Positions 56,682 to 64,000 of a stretch of DNA of 64,000 nucleotides are shown one piece after another (position 1 is the stretch's first letter; every line of letters starts with the position of its first letter). The position numbers and the translations under genes were made by a program. Under the pieces are notes generated by a model, which searched no databases, had not been told where the DNA came from, and saw only the letters and a list, made by a program, of their open reading frames with translations. Source of the stretch: the human T2T-CHM13v2.0 reference genome, Homo sapiens; NCBI RefSeq assembly GCF_009914755.1, contig NC_060925.1; one strand, 5' to 3'.

Positions 56682-58034
56682 ATTTTTTTTTTTTTTAATT
56701 TCTCTTCTTGGAGAAACCTTAGAGTAGTGCTACCCAGAATGCCATTTTTACTTTCTTTATCACAGTGTTTTGGGGATGTTCAGGCAAAGATAAATTTTTA
56801 GAAAAATCTTGTTACGGGGACACAATAACAACAATAAAATCAGCTGACAGAAATAATTTAGATTCTGGTGCAAGCTCCTTCTTTCATCACCAACCAATAG
56901 CATATCTTTTGCAGACTGGTTGACCACACTTTGAATTGCACTGCTTAGAACATGACATCAAGAACCAAAGTGCGAAAAATTAGTGTTACAGCTAGAAGAG
57001 TCCTTAGCATTTCTAATCTCTCTGTAAAGAAACGAAACCCAATGAAAAAAAGGGCCCTAAGATTACACAGTAAGTTTGCAGCTTTTGGTCTTAAGAAGTC
57101 TTTCCACTACTCCACAGAACTTCCATGGTGACTACTTGTCCACTTGCTTCAGAACATGTTGACATGAAATTCCAGGTTGAATGACTAATTCTCCATACTG
57201 TACTTCTGAAACAACTCCAACTGATAAGACACTAAAACACTACCCAAGACTAGATATCTAAGCACAAAAGAGAGCTCATATGATGGGAGCCTGCTCTCAG
57301 ACACTTCAGTTAAAATATTCAAGCAGTAAATCTGGATCTGAATTTTCTACAGTGAAGGTTAAAAAAAAATCCTGTATTCTATTAGTAATACTCCATAAAA
57401 GCAGATGGCATTTTTGTGAGGAGGAGAACTGGAGTATAATTTGTTTTCAGATTGATGGTTCCACAATGTAAGCCTAGAATTAGATGACTCTTAACATTTT
57501 GGATAAAACAAAACGACAACAAAACCAGTACCTATATATGATATACTCAACTAATACATGATGTGGCGCTTTCATCAATTCATATTGTACAAAACATACA
57601 GCTGGCCATTAATTTTAATCTATTCTCCAAAGTAGGCTCAGAGGATTCTCACACAGGGTTACATCGCTTTGTTCAGGAAACCAGGTCCAGGCATTGGGCA
57701 GGGAAAAGATAAAGAGACTCAGGCTGTATATGAAAACTAACAAAAGAAAGGCTAATGTTTGTGAGAAAGAAAATGCAAAAAGATGTGGAGTTACCAAAAT
57801 AAAAAATACTGGCTTTGAATCATGAGAAGAAATAAGCAACAAAAAGGGGAATCTGAAAAAAGTAAATTAGATTCCTGAAGTCTGGAAGCCCATGATTTTT
57901 ATCTGGTATTAGAGAGCTGTAACTGAAATGAACCAAATTGATCTGTAAAGTCTTGTTCCTACTTTCTGCGCCATATTGTAAGGCAGCATAGTATAGTACA
58001 AGGGCTCTTGACCTTGAGTAAAATACCTCTAGGC

Positions 58035-58386
58035 CAGCAGTCCTCAACCTTTTCAGCACCAGGGACCAGTTTCGTAGAGGACAATTTTTCCATGGACCTG
58101 GGTGGGGGGCGAGAGGTTTCGAGATGAAATTGTTCCACCTCAGATCATCAGGCATTAGTTAGATTTTCATAAGGAACATGCAACTAGATCCCTTGCATGT
58201 GCAGTTCACAATAGGGTTTGTACTCCTATGAGAATCTAATGCCGCCACTGATCTGACAGGAAGTGGAGCTCAGGCAGTAATACTCACTTGCCGGCCTGCT
58301 CACTTCCTGCTATGTGGCTGTGCTGCCTGGTTGCTAACAGGCCGCTGACTGGTATCAGTCTGAGGCCCGGGAATTGGGGACCCCTG
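58035..58386. mobile_element. hAT-Charlie element, MER1B-like, with a perfect 8-bp TSD
   Basis: TSD CTCTAGGC at 58027-58034 and 58387-58394. TIR CAG-GTCC-CAACC / TTGGGGACCCCTG. Confidence 0.88.
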
Positions 58387-59231
58387 CTCTAGGCAGGCTA
58401 TGTAATCCCTGAATCTTTGAGCAACATTTTGTATGTATTTGTATCTTTGATGGTGATGGTTTACAGTTTTAAATATTTTCTCAAAAGAGTACCTCACTAT
58501 AAAAGGAGCTGCATGAAAGTGCACTGGACCAAAAAGTTAGGGAATGTGAATTTCAAACATGGTATGGTTACAAATTTGCAATGTGACCATGAATAAGCTG
58601 CCCCCACTACCCCTATGATGGACATCACTTTTCTCAACTGTAAAATGAGGAATTCAGATTAGACTTCTGTCTCTTTTAATTCAAACAATCTATGATTAAT
58701 TAATTCTAAATAATAGAATTTTAGGCTTAGTGGCATCTGGCATTTGAAATATTTCTGGTCAGAAAGAATTTCCAAGATTCTTTAAATCACAACACATTGA
58801 TACTACCAACCTACAATCCTGGACCTAGATTTCTGTCCACGAAAAGTTACTAGCTAGTTCTACTTAACTTGTCCTGATAGTTATATAAACCAGCCAAAAA
58901 AAAAAATGTGGCACCCTATTAACTAGCGTTGACAGCAGTTGTGATACATGTCATCAAACATAATCTACAGAACATGTTTCCTTTAAAAAGGCATTTGTCC
59001 AAAGACAACAAGAGAACTTTCCAAAATTATGCTTAGAGAAGCCCGTTAGAAATATAGAGCTTCCTCCCAAAAGGTTTCAACCAAACCTCTATTTTTTTAA
59101 ATACAGAGTTTAACATATAACTGTGGCATAATTTATAAGCAGTTGTCATGGGGAATCTAAGGAATCCCTGGAAAGAAAAGGAGGAAACCAGGAAGAAACA
59201 GAGAATCAGACTGGTTATATGCCACACTTAC

Positions 59232-59392
59232 CACCCACGTTGCTTTTATGCTTATCATAGATTTCTCTCACTTTCCGGTAGCGGAAAGCTAGTTTCCTCA
59301 TCCAGTCCACACCTCCCTGAACACCCACAGATGAACCATGGCTGCCACTACCTCCTGAGCCACTGAAACCATCTGTTGAGAAACTGTAGTTG
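59232..59392 (-). CDS. EYA3: EYA3 exon (NYSFSTDGFSGSGGSGSHGSSVGVQGGVDWMRKLAFRYRKVREIYDKHKSNVG)
   Basis: Acceptor ctccttgcag|C, donor G|gtaagt, 161 nt. EYA hallmark GGVDWMRKLAFRYR. Upstream exons lie beyond the window. Confidence 0.97.
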
Positions 59393-59878
59393 CTGCAAGG
59401 AGAGAAGATAATAAAAATTAAAATTTATACAGCATAAAGTTTTTGTTTGAGTGCTATTTGGTTGGGTTCTTGGTATCTGATAAATAAGGCCAATGGCTTT
59501 AAGGATCTTCTTCCTTAATCTCTGTATGTCAGAGTCTATCTTTCATTAGTTCTCTATCTCACACTTATTACTTCTATCAAAGAAAGGACTGAAATGAGAG
59601 AGGGAATGAAAGGTAGAAACAATTCAAGCACCAGCATTCCTTAGAGGTTGACTTGGGATAAGGCATCTTTTTCACTAATGACAGAAAATAACCACACAGT
59701 GAAAAAAGCAGAATATAAAATTTTGTGAGTACACTTACACACACAGTGATTGCAACTATGTAAAAAGGAGAAACATGAAAAAATAATGAAAGGAAATAGG
59801 CTAAAATGCTAACAATGGTAAGATAATGGCAGATATTTCCTTAAGTGATCTGCTGGCTGGTTTATGTTCATAGGTCAC

Positions 59879-62065
<2,187 letters not shown>

Positions 62066-64000
62066 ATTATACAAACTAGGAAGGATTAATATTTCATAAG
62101 TAAAGATCTAAAAATGACTGAACAACTTGGTTCAATCAAAAGTTAAAATAGATCCCAATATGCTAAGAGTGAGATTCTGTGCTTAAGAAAATATAGCTGC
62201 TAAGACATGATAAGTAATTACTGGTTAGCCACACGTATAAGAGGAAAAAAAACAACTGGGGTTCAGAGCAGAATATAAACTCTTCAGACCAGACTTTTCC
62301 CTGAAAAGAACAGTAAAGTGTCATAAGAATTGTGCCCTCCATGACCATGTGACACCACAACATGTACAACTGGATGCTGTACCTGAAAGTGAAACCTTCC
62401 AATATTCTCAGCTCTACCTGACTAGGTCCTTATTAAGGTGGTATGTCCAGTTCTACTCCGTATTTGAGAACTGGTGGATAGAACACTGAATTTTGGGGTA
62501 GTTACTGGGAAGAACATTTTACTTATAAAAAGGGATAAACATTCAAACAAACTAATATGAAAAGATGTGACAGGTTTTTTTCTTATAAGTCTTTAAGCTA
62601 GATAAATTTTTGGATCTTTCTTAGCTAAGGCTAGTGGGCCAGAACAAAGAGGAATGAGGAGCCTGAGCAAGCATTTTGCCACTGAGATCTCCTTGGTTTA
62701 ACTTTCACTATAATAAAATGTGGAAGACTACCTTACAGAGATGGGATCTCCCTGTGTTGTCCAGGCTGGTCTTGAACTCCAAGACTCAAGTGATCCTCCT
62801 GCCTCGCGCTTCTAAGATGCTGCAATTACAGGTGTGAGCCACTGTGCCTGGCTTGCTACCCATTCTTTAATGTTCTGCTTTAATGCTACTCCACTGAGAA
62901 ACCTCTCCAGTGTTGGCACTACCCACTCCCTATCCCAACAGAATTCTTTCTTCTCGTGCTCCACGGCATTTTCTATTGTCACCTTCTCACACTATACATC
63001 ACGGTTAACTATGTTTGTTTCTATGTCCTCTAACAGGTTGTGAGCTCTTTCAGAGATATATTCTATTTATCTTTGTTTTCCTCCAAACCTAGACAGACAG
63101 ATCTTGCACATAACAGGTGTACTGGTGTTCAAGAATCATTATGTTTATCACCTCAAGTCTTGGCCATTGTCATCAGAAGCCACATCTTCCACATGTACCT
63201 GGTCACACTCCTGTTAAAAGACAAAACATATTACTTCAGTCCAGGGAGTAGAAGTGATATTACCATCATGACATACTATAAAAAGACCATATACAGTGGC
63301 AGGATAATGAAATGCCTTATGGAATCTCTTATGTGTGGGTGATCACTCTCACACCCCTTGCTGTCCAATTCCTCTTAAGACCTGATTCACATCCCAGTCT
63401 TCATGAGTTCTGTAACTATCCCATCCCTTGTTTCTACTCCTATCTCAATATTTCATTTCTCCAACAGCTCATGGGAATAAGCACAAGCTCCCTTACACTT
63501 CAAATGTTCTTATGTCCTACACCAGACTGTAAGTCCTATTACAATGCAGGTCTCTTGGGGCAGGAGCCACATCTCACATCTCCTTTGCATCTCTCTGATC
63601 TAGTCCAGTATCCTTACGTAGGTTGTGCCCAATAAATTTTTATAGACAAAACAGACGCTGGTAGTGTGGTATCAAAACCGAGAATGACTGAAATTTCTAA
63701 CTTCAAAGTCAGGAGTTAGAAGAGGTCATCTAAATCAATCTCCTCATGTTTTAAAAGTGAGGTGAAATGATTTTCTCAAAGTCATACAATTAGTGAGTGG
63801 CAGAAAGAGACTAGAAATAACCCAGGTTTTCTGCTTCTTTTTTTCCCCCGCTTCTAATCCAAGGTTCTTTCCACCAAGCCCATGCTACTACTGACATAAA
63901 ATGCCGCCCACTACCTAACTGATGGATGTACTCCTCTGATACCACTTAGGGTACCTGCATCAGAATCCTCTGGGGAAGTTTTTTAAAAATGCATATTCTT

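Overview
Human (primate) genomic DNA, very Alu-rich. From the translated proteins I recognise it as the SMPDL3B-XKR8-EYA3 locus (chr1p35). On the + strand are the complete 8-exon CDS of SMPDL3B (GPI-anchored acid sphingomyelinase-like phosphodiesterase; exons assemble in phase to 455 aa) and, about 1.2 kb after its stop, the complete 3-exon CDS of XKR8 (caspase-activated phospholipid scramblase; 395 aa; CpG-island promoter). On the - strand are the last five coding exons and ~4.1-kb 3'UTR of EYA3 (HAD-family Tyr phosphatase/transcription co-activator), convergent with XKR8. Introns carry dozens of Alus plus L2/MIR/L1 fragments, an ERV1 solo LTR, a fragmented MaLR LTR, several DNA-transposon relics and an IFITM processed pseudogene. 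Most short ORFs in the track are Alu-derived or antisense noise. I cannot support a wholly new gene or system here. The most notable unexplained structures are: (1) a 52-bp copy of SMPDL3B exon 4 embedded in a MIR in intron 5; (2) a triplicated, palindromic 5' splice-site module at the end of XKR8 exon 1; (3) an IFITM retrocopy combining an IFITM2/3-type N-terminus with an IFITM1-length C-tail; (4) an alternative EYA3 terminal exon whose poly(A) signal is written in its last codons; and (5) two stop-free SMPDL3B intron read-throughs. Repeat family names and boundaries come from recalled consensus sequences and are approximate. Exon coordinates were counted by hand and checked by reading-frame phase.
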